Shown: positions 52,760 through 63,514 of the stretch, in pieces | Numbering within the stretch: the stretch's first letter is position 1 | Layout: each line of letters starts with the position of its first letter | Assembly: GCA_945888435.1 (NCBI GenBank) | Contig: CAMCZW010000008.1 | Coordinates: 2,235-66,234, forward strand | DNA length: 64,000 bases | Direction of reading: 5' to 3' | From: a bacterium UBP8_UBA817 | Lineage (GTDB): Bacteria > Margulisbacteria > Marinamargulisbacteria > SXXA01 > SICP01 | Translations under genes and position numbers: made by a program | The notes under the pieces: model-generated | Told to the model about the DNA's origin: nothing | What the model saw: only the letters and a program-made list of their open reading frames with translations | Databases searched by the model: none

Positions 52760-55359
52760 GGTTTAGCCAAGGTCCCCACAAAATCAAAGACTTGAGGGTT
52801 CACTAAAATCCGCTTGGCCATTGCCTGGATATCTTCTTGTGTCACTTCAGAAAGATATTTCTCTGATTGACCCAAGGAATAGCGATACCCCAACCCATAT
52901 AACTCATCAGTCACGCACAAAGCCCCTCTAGACTCCAGTGGCTCTACTTGATCCTTATAGGCATACCGTAACTGTGCAACGGCTTCTTTAAACTCAACCT
53001 CTGTGATCAAGCGCGTCTGTAAATCTTTGATTTGGTCAAAAACAATCTTTTTGACATCTTCTTTGGATTTTTGATTCGTCAGCGCATAAATTAAATAGTG
53101 ACCAGGTTCAATCCCAACTTGAGAACTTGCGTGAACCATATACACGTACCCTTTATCTCTCAACAGGTTATGAAGCCGTCCGCCAGGGTAATTTGCCCCA
53201 GACAAAACTGTATCCATTAAATCCAAAACGATCAGATCCTTAGGCGTGGCATAATTAAGTCCATCATATCCAATTAACACCCCCACCACATCCTGAGGAA
53301 TCGTAAATACCTGAGCAGAAGAAGTCTTATGGAGAGGTCGAGCTAAAGGAGTAAATGCATTTCCAGAAATAGGCTTAATATGAGCAAATGCTTTCTCTAA
53401 TTTAGAAAGTGCCTCTGCTTCATCAAATTGACCTACAACACTAATCACAACATCTACAGAAGAAAATAATGACTGATAATACTCATTAACATTCTTTAAG
53501 GTCAGCTTAGACACTGTATCCGCTTCTCCAAGGAAAGAGGATCCATAAGGATGTCCTTGATAAAAAGACTGCTTAAACTGATACATCGCATATCTCATCC
53601 AATCATCTTTACGGCTAGAAATCGATTTAAGCATTTGACGGCGGGTTTCCTCTACATCTTCAGAGTCAAACTCCGCATGTAAAAGAGTTTCTAAAAATAC
53701 AGGAAATAACTCTTTAAAATCTTCAGAAAGAGTATCAAGACTATAATAAAGCGTATTATTTCCAAGCGATGCAGATAAGTCGGCACCTTGATCTTCAATT
53801 AAATTTCTAATTTGCTTTTTAGAATATTTTTTAGACCCTTTTCCGAGTAAATCAGACACCATATAGGCAAGTCCTTGAGTTTCAGGGCGATCCGTCCGGA
53901 TTCCGCCCGTCACAAATACTTTGGCGAATACCTTTGGAAGAGCAGAATTCTGTTCAAAAATAACCCGTATCCCATTCGACAACGTCACCATGCGAGGCCC
54001 CACTTCCGCAGGAGCAGTCGCTGTAACAGAAGCAGTTGGCACTATCTCAGACTTAGGCGTCATCATTGTCACAACCAATCGCTGAGGAGTTAAATATTGT
54101 TTAGATACTCGCTCAACATCCGCTAAAGACACCGCTTTAAAATGGATCAAATAGTCTTCAAAAAAATGGGCACTATGACCATACATAAATCCAAGTCCAA
54201 ACCGGGATACTTTATCTTCAATCGTTGAAATTGAAAAAATATCCTCAGCTACCTTTTGTTTTTTAGCCCGAATAACCAAACTCTTATCTAAACGGCCATG
54301 TTGAATCTCATCGATAATCCGAAACACTTCTGCCTGGGCTTTATCGCGATTGGCCTCGTCTAATTCAAGCGTAATTTCAAAATATCCAGTCGATGTCGAC
54401 GGCGTATAAGAGGATGCCCTGACTGAATACGCAAGCTGAGTATCCTCAACTAAACGGCGATGCAAAATAGAGTCCTCTCCATTAGATAAAATAAATTCAA
54501 GTAAATCCAAGGGGTATAAGTCCGCAGAAAATAAATCCACAGTCGGAAATCGGAAACTAAGATAAGTCACCGATGTATCACCAACTCCCTCTGAAAACCG
54601 GGATGTAAAAGGAAGCGGCTCTGGTGTATACACATGAAGGGGAGAAGATGACTCTACAATCTTGCCAAAGGTGGACTGGATTTGACCCATGACTTTATCC
54701 TGATCAAATGCCCCCCCAATGACCAGTACCATATTAGACGGCACATATCTGGAGTGGTAGTAATCAAGCAATTGCTCCCGAGTCACTTTTTTAAAGTTAT
54801 CCAAATACCCAATCACCGGATACCTGAGTGGGCTTATTTTATAAAAATTATCGCTGCAAAGCTGATAAAATTGACGCCCCACATTGGCATCACTTTTTTC
54901 AATTTCTCGCGTAATAACCTCGCGTTCACGAGCAAATTCACTTTGCTTAAAGTCGCAAAAAAACATCCATTCATACACAATATTAATCGCAGTACTCAGC
55001 TCTTCTGGAACCGTATTTAAAAAATAAGAAGTATGATCCAGAGTCGTATACGCATTATAAGCGCCACCCAATGTCGCGATGAGCCGTTTATACTCTTCCT
55101 CAGGCCGTTTAGAAGTCGATCCGCCCGCAACAAGATGCTCCAGGTAATGAGAAAGCCCACTTCCTAAGTGAGGAGCTTCATCAATAGATCCAGCTTTAAC
55201 AAAGGTACGTACAGATACCAAGGATGACGACGGGTCATTTACTAAAACGATTGTTAAGCCATTATCGAGTCGCTTTGTAACCATATTCAAACTCCATAAA
55301 CTACCTGAAAATAAAAAAAAGAAAGCAAAAATCCAAAAACCCCATTGTCTCATCATCAA
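52756..55359 (-). CDS. Secreted M16-family zinc peptidase (fused tandem pitrilysin-like domains)
   Basis: 867 aa with a signal peptide and the inverted zinc motif HYLEHLVAGGS (HxxEH). The second half is an inactive-type M16 domain. Confidence 0.85.
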   Translation of the reverse strand: MMMRQWGFWIFAFFFLFSGSLWSLNMVTKRLDNGLTIVLVNDPSSSLVSVRTFVKAGSIDEAPHLGSGLSHYLEHLVAGGSTSKRPEEEYKRLIATLGGAYNAYTTLDHTSYFLNTVPEELSTAINIVYEWMFFCDFKQSEFAREREVITREIEKSDANVGRQFYQLCSDNFYKISPLRYPVIGYLDNFKKVTREQLLDYYHSRYVPSNMVLVIGGAFDQDKVMGQIQSTFGKIVESSSPLHVYTPEPLPFTSRFSEGVGDTSVTYLSFRFPTVDLFSADLYPLDLLEFILSNGEDSILHRRLVEDTQLAYSVRASSYTPSTSTGYFEITLELDEANRDKAQAEVFRIIDEIQHGRLDKSLVIRAKKQKVAEDIFSISTIEDKVSRFGLGFMYGHSAHFFEDYLIHFKAVSLADVERVSKQYLTPQRLVVTMMTPKSEIVPTASVTATAPAEVGPRMVTLSNGIRVIFEQNSALPKVFAKVFVTGGIRTDRPETQGLAYMVSDLLGKGSKKYSKKQIRNLIEDQGADLSASLGNNTLYYSLDTLSEDFKELFPVFLETLLHAEFDSEDVEETRRQMLKSISSRKDDWMRYAMYQFKQSFYQGHPYGSSFLGEADTVSKLTLKNVNEYYQSLFSSVDVVISVVGQFDEAEALSKLEKAFAHIKPISGNAFTPLARPLHKTSSAQVFTIPQDVVGVLIGYDGLNYATPKDLIVLDLMDTVLSGANYPGGRLHNLLRDKGYVYMVHASSQVGIEPGHYLIYALTNQKSKEDVKKIVFDQIKDLQTRLITEVEFKEAVAQLRYAYKDQVEPLESRGALCVTDELYGLGYRYSLGQSEKYLSEVTQEDIQAMAKRILVNPQVFDFVGTLAKP

Positions 55360-55397
55360 ATCTCCTACACAACTGGTATCGCAATCATCCCACTTCG

Positions 55398-56150
55398 ATG
55401 ACGTTCAAGCAACAATATGAAATAATATCCGACACAATGAATAGCGAAAAAGACCACTTATTTACATCCCCTAGGCCCAGGTTTCAATTTAACCAGGAAG
55501 TTGCCAATGTCTTTGATAACATGATCAACAGAAGCGTTCCTCACTATAGTGAAATTCAGCAGGAATTAGCCTGGCTAGTAGACCATCTAATCCAAGGCAA
55601 CACCACACTATATGATTTAGGATGCTCCACAGGAGCTACCTATCACGCCCTTCTCCCGACCTTAAATCAAAAAAAAATCCAATATATCGGTATAGACAAC
55701 TCAGACGCCATGCTCACCAAAGTACAGCATCTCCCAAGTACAAACCGACCACCAAAATGGCTAAATCATGACCTCAATAGCCCATTTGAGTTTCAACCAT
55801 CCCAAATCGTCATTCTTAATTTAGTGCTTCAATTTATTCAGCCCAAAAATAAACTCGCGCTTCTAACTGATATCCGAAAGTCGCTTCTCCCATCAGGACA
55901 TCTTCTCCTGGTCGAGAAAATTACACCCGCCCACTATGACTTATTTACAAATCGGTATTATCAGTTCAAAACACATAATGGATACAGCCAAGACGAAATT
56001 ATCAATAAACAAAATGCCCTCAAAGATGTCCTCGTCCCCCAATCTCTCGCAGACCATCATGCCCAACTTAAAGAAGCCGGCTTCACATCTACAGACGTCT
56101 TTTTCCAATGGTACAATTTCGCAGGGATTTTAGCGTCTACTGGACAATAA
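55398..56150 (+). CDS. cmoA: Carboxy-S-adenosyl-L-methionine synthase CmoA-like methyltransferase
   Basis: 250 aa, collinear with E. coli CmoA (..FDNMINRSVPHYSEI.., YDLGCSTGAT, ..IDNSDAML.., C-terminal ..FFQWYNFAGILA). Confidence 0.75.
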   Translation: MTFKQQYEIISDTMNSEKDHLFTSPRPRFQFNQEVANVFDNMINRSVPHYSEIQQELAWLVDHLIQGNTTLYDLGCSTGATYHALLPTLNQKKIQYIGIDNSDAMLTKVQHLPSTNRPPKWLNHDLNSPFEFQPSQIVILNLVLQFIQPKNKLALLTDIRKSLLPSGHLLLVEKITPAHYDLFTNRYYQFKTHNGYSQDEIINKQNALKDVLVPQSLADHHAQLKEAGFTSTDVFFQWYNFAGILASTGQ

Positions 56151-56484
56151 CATTCTCTAAATGGGTAATATCAAAAGCCGTCTTAACCACGATGGCATCA
56201 AACCGACAGGCAATATCTGGATTACCCAATCGCTTCAAATAAAGTTCCGCGGATCTAATCAAGCGGCGTTGCTTTGTGGGAGTAATGGCTTCTAAAGGAT
56301 GAACCAGTGATCCTAGTGCATAATATTTTACTTCACAAAACACCAATGTCCCATCTGGTGCTTTAGCAACAATATCCAGCTCTCCACCCTTCATCACAAC
56401 ATTTCTCGCTAAAATCGAGTACTTCTGCCGCTCCAAATAAGCGGTCGCAATATCCTCACCCAACTGACCTTTTAAACGAGACAC
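56137..56484 (-). CDS. yraN: YraN-family (UPF0102) endonuclease
   Basis: 115 aa with ..GEDIATAYLERQKYSILARN..GELDIVA..CEVKYY. It lies in the conserved rnhB-yraN pair. Confidence 0.8.
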   Translation of the reverse strand: MSRLKGQLGEDIATAYLERQKYSILARNVVMKGGELDIVAKAPDGTLVFCEVKYYALGSLVHPLEAITPTKQRRLIRSAELYLKRLGNPDIACRFDAIVVKTAFDITHLENVIVQ

Positions 56485-57059
56485 CTTAATTTCTCCTCAA
56501 TCAACTCAAGCTGGCGACTCACATTAAATGTCATGCGGTGCACCGAGGTCTGTCCATGGTCAAAAATCGCCTGAAAATGCGCACAAGTGCCATACCCTTT
56601 ATGAATCGCAAATCCATATTCAGGAAATTTAGAATGAAGTGCGCACATAATCCGATCCCGAGTTACCTTAGCCACAATCGACGCTGCAGAAATACAAGTC
56701 ACTGTCGCATCCCCATCCACAATTGCTTCACATAAAATACCCCCCAAATCTGGAGAACGATTACCATCAATTAAAACCTTGGAGGGTATCTCTCCAATAG
56801 CAAAAACACTTCGTCGCATAGCTTCCATCGTCGCTTGTAAAATATTAACCTGATCAATATAGCGATGGCTTAATACCCCGACTCCAATACGAGCATCAGA
56901 CTCTACTAATAGCTGAAATAAAAATTCACGCCGAGCAGGCGATAACACCTTAGAATCCTTAAAACACTGATCATCCATATCAGGAGGTAACCAAACCGCA
57001 GCCGCAACTACAGGCCCTGCCAACGCTCCTCGTCCCGCTTCATCTACACCAACAATCAA
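56472..57059 (-). CDS. rnhB: Ribonuclease HII
   Basis: 195 aa starting MIVGVDEAGRGALAGPVVAAAV, with the RNase HII DEDD motif. Confidence 0.9.
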   Translation of the reverse strand: MIVGVDEAGRGALAGPVVAAAVWLPPDMDDQCFKDSKVLSPARREFLFQLLVESDARIGVGVLSHRYIDQVNILQATMEAMRRSVFAIGEIPSKVLIDGNRSPDLGGILCEAIVDGDATVTCISAASIVAKVTRDRIMCALHSKFPEYGFAIHKGYGTCAHFQAIFDHGQTSVHRMTFNVSRQLELIEEKLRCLV

Positions 57060-57062
57060 AAA

Positions 57063-57869
57063 TTACTCCAAAACTTCCTTAAAAAATCGCTGCATATCTC
57101 TAAATGATCGGCCATCTGTTAATCGGTTATAAGTAGCGCCAGAAGCACCCAAACGATCCTTAGAAGGAGGCTCAGTAAATGCATGCCCAGAATTCCCGTA
57201 AACACTCACCTGCCAATCACAGATAGAATGTTGCATTTCATGTCGAAATATCTCCAATTGCCCCCAAGATACAGTCGTATCCTCTGCACCATGGATAATT
57301 AAAATAGCACTCTTAATATTTTTAGCATCCTGAGGTATAGGAGAATCTAGATCTCCATAAAAACTAATAACCCCTTTAATCTCCGCCCCACTCCGAGCCA
57401 ATTCTAACGCTGTTGTCCCCCCAAACCCATATCCGATGGCTCCAATAAGATGAGTATCTGTCCATTTTTGGCGATTGAGTGTCGCCAATGCCAATTGAGC
57501 CCGACGACGCATCAGCGATCGATCACTTTTAAATGCTTTCACCATCGAAGACGCCTTAGCCGCATTAGACGGATTTGCACCGCGCCCATAAACATCAGCA
57601 ACAAGCACCCCATAACCCAGTCGAGCCAACTGCTCAGCCCGCTTACGCTCATAGCGCGAAATACCCATAGATTGGGGGAAAATCAAAATACCAGGACGAA
57701 CATCATCCAAACTATCGTCATACGCCAAAAAGCCTTCTAAAGGAAATCCTTTGTCTGAATAAGTCACAGACTTACCCATAATTTTGGCATCATTTAAAGA
57801 AGTCAGGGAAAATAAGAAAGTAGCAACCAGACCACCGATGAAGGCATACCGTGGCACTTTAATATGCAT
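57063..57869 (-). CDS. Dienelactone hydrolase-family alpha/beta hydrolase (secreted)
   Basis: 268 aa with a signal peptide and a DLH-like nucleophile region (..GYGFGG..), His near the C-terminus. Confidence 0.65.
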   Translation of the reverse strand: MHIKVPRYAFIGGLVATFLFSLTSLNDAKIMGKSVTYSDKGFPLEGFLAYDDSLDDVRPGILIFPQSMGISRYERKRAEQLARLGYGVLVADVYGRGANPSNAAKASSMVKAFKSDRSLMRRRAQLALATLNRQKWTDTHLIGAIGYGFGGTTALELARSGAEIKGVISFYGDLDSPIPQDAKNIKSAILIIHGAEDTTVSWGQLEIFRHEMQHSICDWQVSVYGNSGHAFTEPPSKDRLGASGATYNRLTDGRSFRDMQRFFKEVLE

Positions 57870-57876
57870 CAGTCGA

Positions 57877-59109
57877 CTAACCTAGTTTTTGAATCGCCAG
57901 AACCGCATTGTGACCACCAAATCCAAAAGAATTGGACAAAATAGTGGAAACTTCCCGTTTAATTGCTTTATTGGGAGTGTAGTTCAAATCACAGTTAGGA
58001 TCCTGAGTAAAACAATTAATCGTCGGAGGGATAATCCCTTCCTGAATAATAAGTGCAGAAGCAACCAATTCAATCGCACCAGCAGCACCCAATAAATGCC
58101 CTGTCATGGATTTTGTTGAGCTGATCGCTAGCTTATAGGCATGATCACCAAATACAGCCTTAATGGCTTCCGTTTCATTTTTATCGTTTAATTCTGTAGA
58201 AGTCCCATGTGCATTAATATAATCCACATCTTTTGGGGTAAGCCCAGCCATTTTAAGCGCCATTTTCATTGCACGTTGAGCACCTTCTCCTTGAGGAGCG
58301 GGAGCAGTTAAATGGTAAGCATCTCCGGTGGATCCAAATCCAACCACTTCCGCATAAATTTTAGCCCCACGAGCTTTCGCATGCTCATAATCTTCAAAAA
58401 TCAAAATCCCAGCACCTTCACCCATTACAAAGCCATCTCGATCTAAATCAAAAGGACGCGATGCAGTAGAAGGATCATCGTTACGGCTAGAAAGTGAGCG
58501 GGCCGCACAAAAACTACCCAACCCAAGAGGGGTAATACACGCCTCAGATCCACCAACAATCATTGCATCTGCAAGACCGCGTTGAATCAAAGAAAATCCA
58601 TTGGCCATCGAATGCGCAGAAGATGCACATGCGGTTACCGTACATGCATTAGGGCCTTTCGCCCCAGTCCTCATTGCAACCTGACCAGCCGCCATGTCAC
58701 AAATCATCATCGGAACGGTAAACGGACTAATTCGAGAAGGCCCACGAGTCGCAATCATCGTGCAAGCTTCTTCTAAAAATTCAATCCCACCAATTCCAGA
58801 TCCAATTTCAACACCTACTCGTTCAGGGTTAAGGGCGATCTGAAGTCCAGAATCCTTCACCGCTTCCTGAGCAGCTAAAAGAGCAAACAGAATAAATCGA
58901 GATGTTTTTCTTATTTCTTTTTTGTCAAAGTGAGCTTCAAAATCTAATCCTCTAACTTGCGCTGCAAATCGAGTAGAAAATTGAGAGACATCAAACGTAT
59001 CAATATTTTGAACGCCGGATTGACCAGAAATAAGACCATTCCAATACTGAGAAACTGTATGCCCAATGGCAGTAACCGCTCCCAATCCTGTAATTACAAC
59101 TCGATTCAT
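57877..59109 (-). CDS. fabF: 3-oxoacyl-ACP synthase II FabF
   Basis: 410 aa with active-site Cys (..ACASSAHS..) and His-His motifs. It lies downstream of acpP. Confidence 0.95.
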   Translation of the reverse strand: MNRVVITGLGAVTAIGHTVSQYWNGLISGQSGVQNIDTFDVSQFSTRFAAQVRGLDFEAHFDKKEIRKTSRFILFALLAAQEAVKDSGLQIALNPERVGVEIGSGIGGIEFLEEACTMIATRGPSRISPFTVPMMICDMAAGQVAMRTGAKGPNACTVTACASSAHSMANGFSLIQRGLADAMIVGGSEACITPLGLGSFCAARSLSSRNDDPSTASRPFDLDRDGFVMGEGAGILIFEDYEHAKARGAKIYAEVVGFGSTGDAYHLTAPAPQGEGAQRAMKMALKMAGLTPKDVDYINAHGTSTELNDKNETEAIKAVFGDHAYKLAISSTKSMTGHLLGAAGAIELVASALIIQEGIIPPTINCFTQDPNCDLNYTPNKAIKREVSTILSNSFGFGGHNAVLAIQKLG

Positions 59110-59133
59110 AAAGAGTCCTTAGAAAAAATCAAT

Positions 59134-59382
59134 CTATTTAACTGTGCTAAGAATAAAATCAACTGTTTTACCAACAGTAGTCAATTTTTCAGCATCTTCG
59201 TCAGAAATTTCAGTTCCAAACTCTTCTTCAAGAGCCATAACCAATTCAACTGTGTCTAAAGAATCTGCACCCAAATCATCTGTGTAAGATGCTTCACGAG
59301 TAACTTCATCTTCAGAAACCCCTAGTTGTTCAACAATAACGTTTTTAACCTTCTGCATAACTTCCTGTTCTGATAGTGCCAT
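59134..59382 (-). CDS. acpP: Acyl carrier protein
   Basis: It has the ..[19 protein letters not shown].. phosphopantetheine-attachment motif. The true start is probably the internal Met (MQKVKNV..). Confidence 0.9.
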   Translation of the reverse strand: MALSEQEVMQKVKNVIVEQLGVSEDEVTREASYTDDLGADSLDTVELVMALEEEFGTEISDEDAEKLTTVGKTVDFILSTVK

Positions 59383-59439
59383 TATATTATCTCCTTCGCT
59401 TAAAAAATAAAAAGATGCAAGCAGTATACACGATACAAC

Positions 59440-60183
59440 CTACATATGCATTCCACCATCGACACCGATTACTTGGCCAGTCACATAAGCAGACATATCC
59501 GAGCTGAGAAACAATACAACTCCTGAAACATCTTCTACGCTACCAAGTCGTCTCTGGGGAACAAGGGCTATTATATTATCAATATATTCCGCAGGTAAAG
59601 TCGCAATCATATCCGTATCAATAAATCCTGGGGCAACCACATTACAAGTAATTCCCTTAGCCCCAATTTCCTTCGCAATTGATTTACTAAATCCAATGAT
59701 TCCAGCCTTAGAAGCCGCATAATTCGCCTGCCCAGGATTACCCATAACACCCACAACAGATGAGATATTAACGATACGACCTTTCTTTTGCTTAAGCATG
59801 GGACGTAGCACTGCTTTAGTACAATTAAACACTGAGTTTAAATTGACGTTAACAACTTGCTGCCATTCATCATCAGACATTCTTAATACTAAATTATCTC
59901 GGGTAATCCCTGCGTTATTAATCAAAATATCCACATGTCCAAATTTTTCAACAACTGCCTTCACCATCGCCTGCACAGACACTGACGACGAGACATCGCA
60001 TGCAAGGCCAATACTTTGAGTTCCATACTGCGTGGCAAGAGAAGCGGCGACTTCATCACATTTAGCTTGCTGAGTCGCCACTACAACCACATGGACGCCC
60101 TCACGAGACAGCGCCTCAGCGATACCTAAACCAATCCCTCTCGACCCACCCGTAACAATTGCAACTTGATCTTTTAAATTCAT
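59440..60183 (-). CDS. fabG: 3-oxoacyl-ACP reductase FabG
   Basis: 247 aa SDR with TGGSRGIG and YAASKAG motifs. Confidence 0.9.
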   Translation of the reverse strand: MNLKDQVAIVTGGSRGIGLGIAEALSREGVHVVVVATQQAKCDEVAASLATQYGTQSIGLACDVSSSVSVQAMVKAVVEKFGHVDILINNAGITRDNLVLRMSDDEWQQVVNVNLNSVFNCTKAVLRPMLKQKKGRIVNISSVVGVMGNPGQANYAASKAGIIGFSKSIAKEIGAKGITCNVVAPGFIDTDMIATLPAEYIDNIIALVPQRRLGSVEDVSGVVLFLSSDMSAYVTGQVIGVDGGMHM

Positions 60184-60192
60184 TTTTTCCCT

Positions 60193-61107
60193 CTATGAAA
60201 GTGATAATTGACTAACGTCATCCATGGTAGATACCGAAAATACTGGGAAATCCGGGACAATTTTTTTACATAAGCCAGACAAAACCTTTCCAGCACCGCA
60301 TTCAATAATGACATCCACCTGAGTCGCAAGATATCGAACAGACTCAATCCACTGCACCGGTGACACCACCTGCAAGACCACATTACTCTTAAGCGCCAAC
60401 GCATCCGTTTCAGGCACAGCCAAGCGATTAAGCACAACTGGGATAGTCGCATCAGAAAACGAAAATTGATCCAATTTTGAAGCAAGTTGATCAGCCCCTT
60501 TTTGCATTAAAGGCGAATGGAATGCGCCACTCACTGGCAGAGGGATTAAGCGCCCACCCTTTTCAGCCAACAGCTTACCAGCTGCCTCCACGCCAGATTT
60601 AGTTCCAGAAATCACAATTTGCCCAGGACAATTTAAGTTAGCCGCAACCACTGGTACGTCTTTAAAATCAGCCAAAATTTCTTGAATCACATCTAAATCC
60701 AGCTTCATCACCGCCGCCATCGCAGATTGATCCGATGGGTAACTGGAGGACATCGCCTCAGAGCGAGCCTGGATCAATTTTAACGACTGCTCCAGAGTAA
60801 GCACTCCAGCCGCATAATAAGCAGTTAATTCACCCAAACTATGGCCAGCCACAATAGAAGGAAATATCCCTTTTTTTGCCAAGGCATCCAATAACACTGC
60901 AGACACCATAAATAGCCCAGGTTGCGCATTACGAGTATCCTTCAAAGCCTCTTCAGGCCCTTCAAAACAAATATTAGAAATCGAATATCCTAAAGTCTGA
61001 TCTGCCTTTTCAAATAAAGTTTTCGCATGAGGAGACGCAACAACGACATCCGCACCCATCCCCACTTTTTGAGAGCCTTGACCAGGAAACACAATTGCAA
61101 TTTTCAT
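60193..61107 (-). CDS. fabD: Malonyl-CoA:ACP transacylase FabD
   Basis: 304 aa with the GHSLGE active-site motif. Confidence 0.9.
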   Translation of the reverse strand: MKIAIVFPGQGSQKVGMGADVVVASPHAKTLFEKADQTLGYSISNICFEGPEEALKDTRNAQPGLFMVSAVLLDALAKKGIFPSIVAGHSLGELTAYYAAGVLTLEQSLKLIQARSEAMSSSYPSDQSAMAAVMKLDLDVIQEILADFKDVPVVAANLNCPGQIVISGTKSGVEAAGKLLAEKGGRLIPLPVSGAFHSPLMQKGADQLASKLDQFSFSDATIPVVLNRLAVPETDALALKSNVVLQVVSPVQWIESVRYLATQVDVIIECGAGKVLSGLCKKIVPDFPVFSVSTMDDVSQLSLS

Positions 61108-62097
61108 TTAACAACTCCAACGTAAAAGGGTCACGCCCCAAGTAAATCCAGCACCAAAACCAACTAAAACAACCAAATCTCCACGAGACAAACGTCCTTC
61201 AGAAACAGCCTCGCAAAGCGCAATCGGAATTGAAGACGCTGATGTATTACCATATTTAGGTAATGTAATGACGACTTGATCAGGCGTAAATCCTAACCGT
61301 TCACATGCCGCATCAATAATTCTTAAATTAGCCTGATGAAACACCAATAATTTGACATCTGAAACTGCGATTTGATTAGCCGCGAGCACAGACTCAACCG
61401 CAGGAACCACGGTATTCACCGCTACTTTAAAGACCGCACGACCTTCCATACTCACCAAAGGACGTGTTGGGTTATCCATCGAAATCGGATTTCGAGACCC
61501 ACCTTCTTTCGCATATAAAATCTCAGCCAGTTCGCCTCGACTAAATAAATCAGATGCAATAATCCCAAGGCCAGGATCTACTTCCCCCAAAACAACAGCA
61601 CCTGCGCCATCTCCAAACAAAATACAGGTCGATCGATCCGTCCAATCTAAAAATTTACTTAAAAGATCCGCGGCAACGACCAAGACTTTCTTCGCTGCTC
61701 CAGAAGCCACATACTGAGCCCCCGCAGACAATGCGTAATTAAACCCAGTACACGCCGCAGACATATCAAATGCCGGAATCGGACGAGTACATCCCAATCG
61801 ATGCTGCACAATACAAGCAGTAGACGGAAATAAAAAATAATCAGGAGTAGAGGTTGCTACGATAATCAAATCCAAGTCATCCGCAGTAATCCCCGCCGAT
61901 TCAAGGGCTTGTACCGAGGCATGATAGGCCAAATCCGAAGTCGCCTGACCAACAGCCGCAATACGTCGCTCCTCAATACCAGTTCTTTCTCGGATCCATT
62001 CATCAGAAGTATCCAACCCCATGGCTTGGATATCATGATTGGTCATGACATGGTCGGGCAAATACCGACCAATGCCAATTACACCAACCGGCTTCAT
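61108..62097 (-). CDS. fabH: 3-oxoacyl-ACP synthase III FabH
   Basis: 329 aa with active-site Cys (..AACTGF..) and ..FHQAN.. motifs. Confidence 0.9.
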   Translation of the reverse strand: MKPVGVIGIGRYLPDHVMTNHDIQAMGLDTSDEWIRERTGIEERRIAAVGQATSDLAYHASVQALESAGITADDLDLIIVATSTPDYFLFPSTACIVQHRLGCTRPIPAFDMSAACTGFNYALSAGAQYVASGAAKKVLVVAADLLSKFLDWTDRSTCILFGDGAGAVVLGEVDPGLGIIASDLFSRGELAEILYAKEGGSRNPISMDNPTRPLVSMEGRAVFKVAVNTVVPAVESVLAANQIAVSDVKLLVFHQANLRIIDAACERLGFTPDQVVITLPKYGNTSASSIPIALCEAVSEGRLSRGDLVVLVGFGAGFTWGVTLLRWSC

Positions 62098-63092
62098 TGT
62101 GAAATAGCCTTATTAATTTTATCAACGACATTGGTTCTGACATCGTTAGACGCCAATCGAATCGCATTTTTAATAGCTACAGCGCTAGATCTACCATGAG
62201 AAATAATTGAAACTCCATTAACACCAAGTAAAGGGGCTCCACCATATTCCTCATAATCATATTGACGATAAATTTGTTTTAATAACGGTTTTAAAAATAA
62301 AAGTCCAAGTTTAGATCGAATCGATCCTGAACGAGCGGCCTCTTTAAAATGGCCAAATAATGCCGAAGAAATTCCTTCTCCAAATTTTAAAAGGACATTT
62401 CCTACAAAGCCATCGCAGACCACAACATCCACATCGCCCTCTAAAATATCCCGACCTTCCACATTACCAACAAAATTAATGGGTAATGCTTTAATCAATT
62501 CAAAGGCAGCATGAACCGCTTGATTCCCTTTTTCTGGTTCTTCACCAATACTCAAAAGGCCAACACGAGGAGACTCTTTTTGTAGGACAGATTGAGCGAA
62601 GTAATATCCCATTGTTGCAAACTGAGCCAAATGCTCCGGCTTACAATCAACAGATGCGCCCATATCCAATACCACCACGGGACGCTTTGCCTTAGTAGGG
62701 ATCAAAGAGGCAATCGCAGGTCGCTCCACACCAGGGATACGCCCAAGTATAAGCGTAGACGCCATCATAACCGCGCCCGTATTACCCGCAGAGACAAACC
62801 CATTTGCATGGCCGTCCTTAACAAGTTTTAATCCAATTTGGATTGAGGAATTTTTCTTTTGGCGAAATGAGAGAGCCGGAGATTCAGACATTCCCACCAC
62901 ATCAGGGGCATGAGAAATCGAAATAAGATCTTTGGGATATCCAGGAAAACGAGAAAGCTCTGAGGATATGACATCCTCAGGCCCAACAAGTACAACACAC
63001 ACCCCAAGCTGCTGGGCTGCTAAAACAGCACCCTCAACAACGACTGAAGGAGCATGATCACCGCCCATGGCATCAAGGGCAATGCGGATCAA
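62094..63092 (-). CDS. plsX: Phosphate acyltransferase PlsX
   Basis: 332 aa starting MIRIALDAMGGDHAP.., the PlsX family. It overlaps fabH by 4 nt. Confidence 0.9.
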   Translation of the reverse strand: MIRIALDAMGGDHAPSVVVEGAVLAAQQLGVCVVLVGPEDVISSELSRFPGYPKDLISISHAPDVVGMSESPALSFRQKKNSSIQIGLKLVKDGHANGFVSAGNTGAVMMASTLILGRIPGVERPAIASLIPTKAKRPVVVLDMGASVDCKPEHLAQFATMGYYFAQSVLQKESPRVGLLSIGEEPEKGNQAVHAAFELIKALPINFVGNVEGRDILEGDVDVVVCDGFVGNVLLKFGEGISSALFGHFKEAARSGSIRSKLGLLFLKPLLKQIYRQYDYEEYGGAPLLGVNGVSIISHGRSSAVAIKNAIRLASNDVRTNVVDKINKAISQ

Positions 63093-63093
63093 C

Positions 63094-63303
63094 TTATGCG
63101 TCCTTAGAAGCGTCCTCGGTAGTTACGGACGCAACCGATAGTACAGGCTTTCCGTTATAGAAACCGCAAGTCGTACATGCTCGGTGCGAATGAGACAAAA
63201 TACCGCAGTTAGAACATGGTCTTAACTCTGGCATAATGACTTTCCACGCAGCATGCCGAGTTCGTTTTTTTGATTTTGATCGTCGATGCTTTGGAACTGG
63301 CAT
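63094..63303 (-). CDS. rpmF: 50S ribosomal protein L32 (bL32) with C-terminal extension
   Basis: N-terminal MPVPKHRRSKSKKRTRH.. and a CxxC...CxxC zinc ribbon. It lies upstream of plsX as in rpmF-plsX-fab clusters. Confidence 0.85.
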   Translation of the reverse strand: MPVPKHRRSKSKKRTRHAAWKVIMPELRPCSNCGILSHSHRACTTCGFYNGKPVLSVASVTTEDASKDA

Positions 63304-63514
63304 AATTAACCTTCTTTAAATTTTAAATATCCTATCAAATTGCAAGGGTGCAAATGACAAAAGAGAGACAAATGATAAAAAATCAACCCATAATTGTCAA
63401 GCAACTTCCCAAAAAGAAGAAGCCTAATCTTAAAAAGGATGGGCTGTGTAATTTATCGCGAAGGGAGTTTATTGAAATAAATGACCAAAGCGAAAATTGC
63501 ACAGAACTCCTTTT

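Noticed and set aside
63304-63514. Intergenic region upstream of rpmF checked for tRNA/ncRNA
   Set aside because: No cloverleaf-compatible segments or conserved tRNA T-arm motif were seen. It is probably a promoter/leader region for the rpmF-plsX-fab operon.
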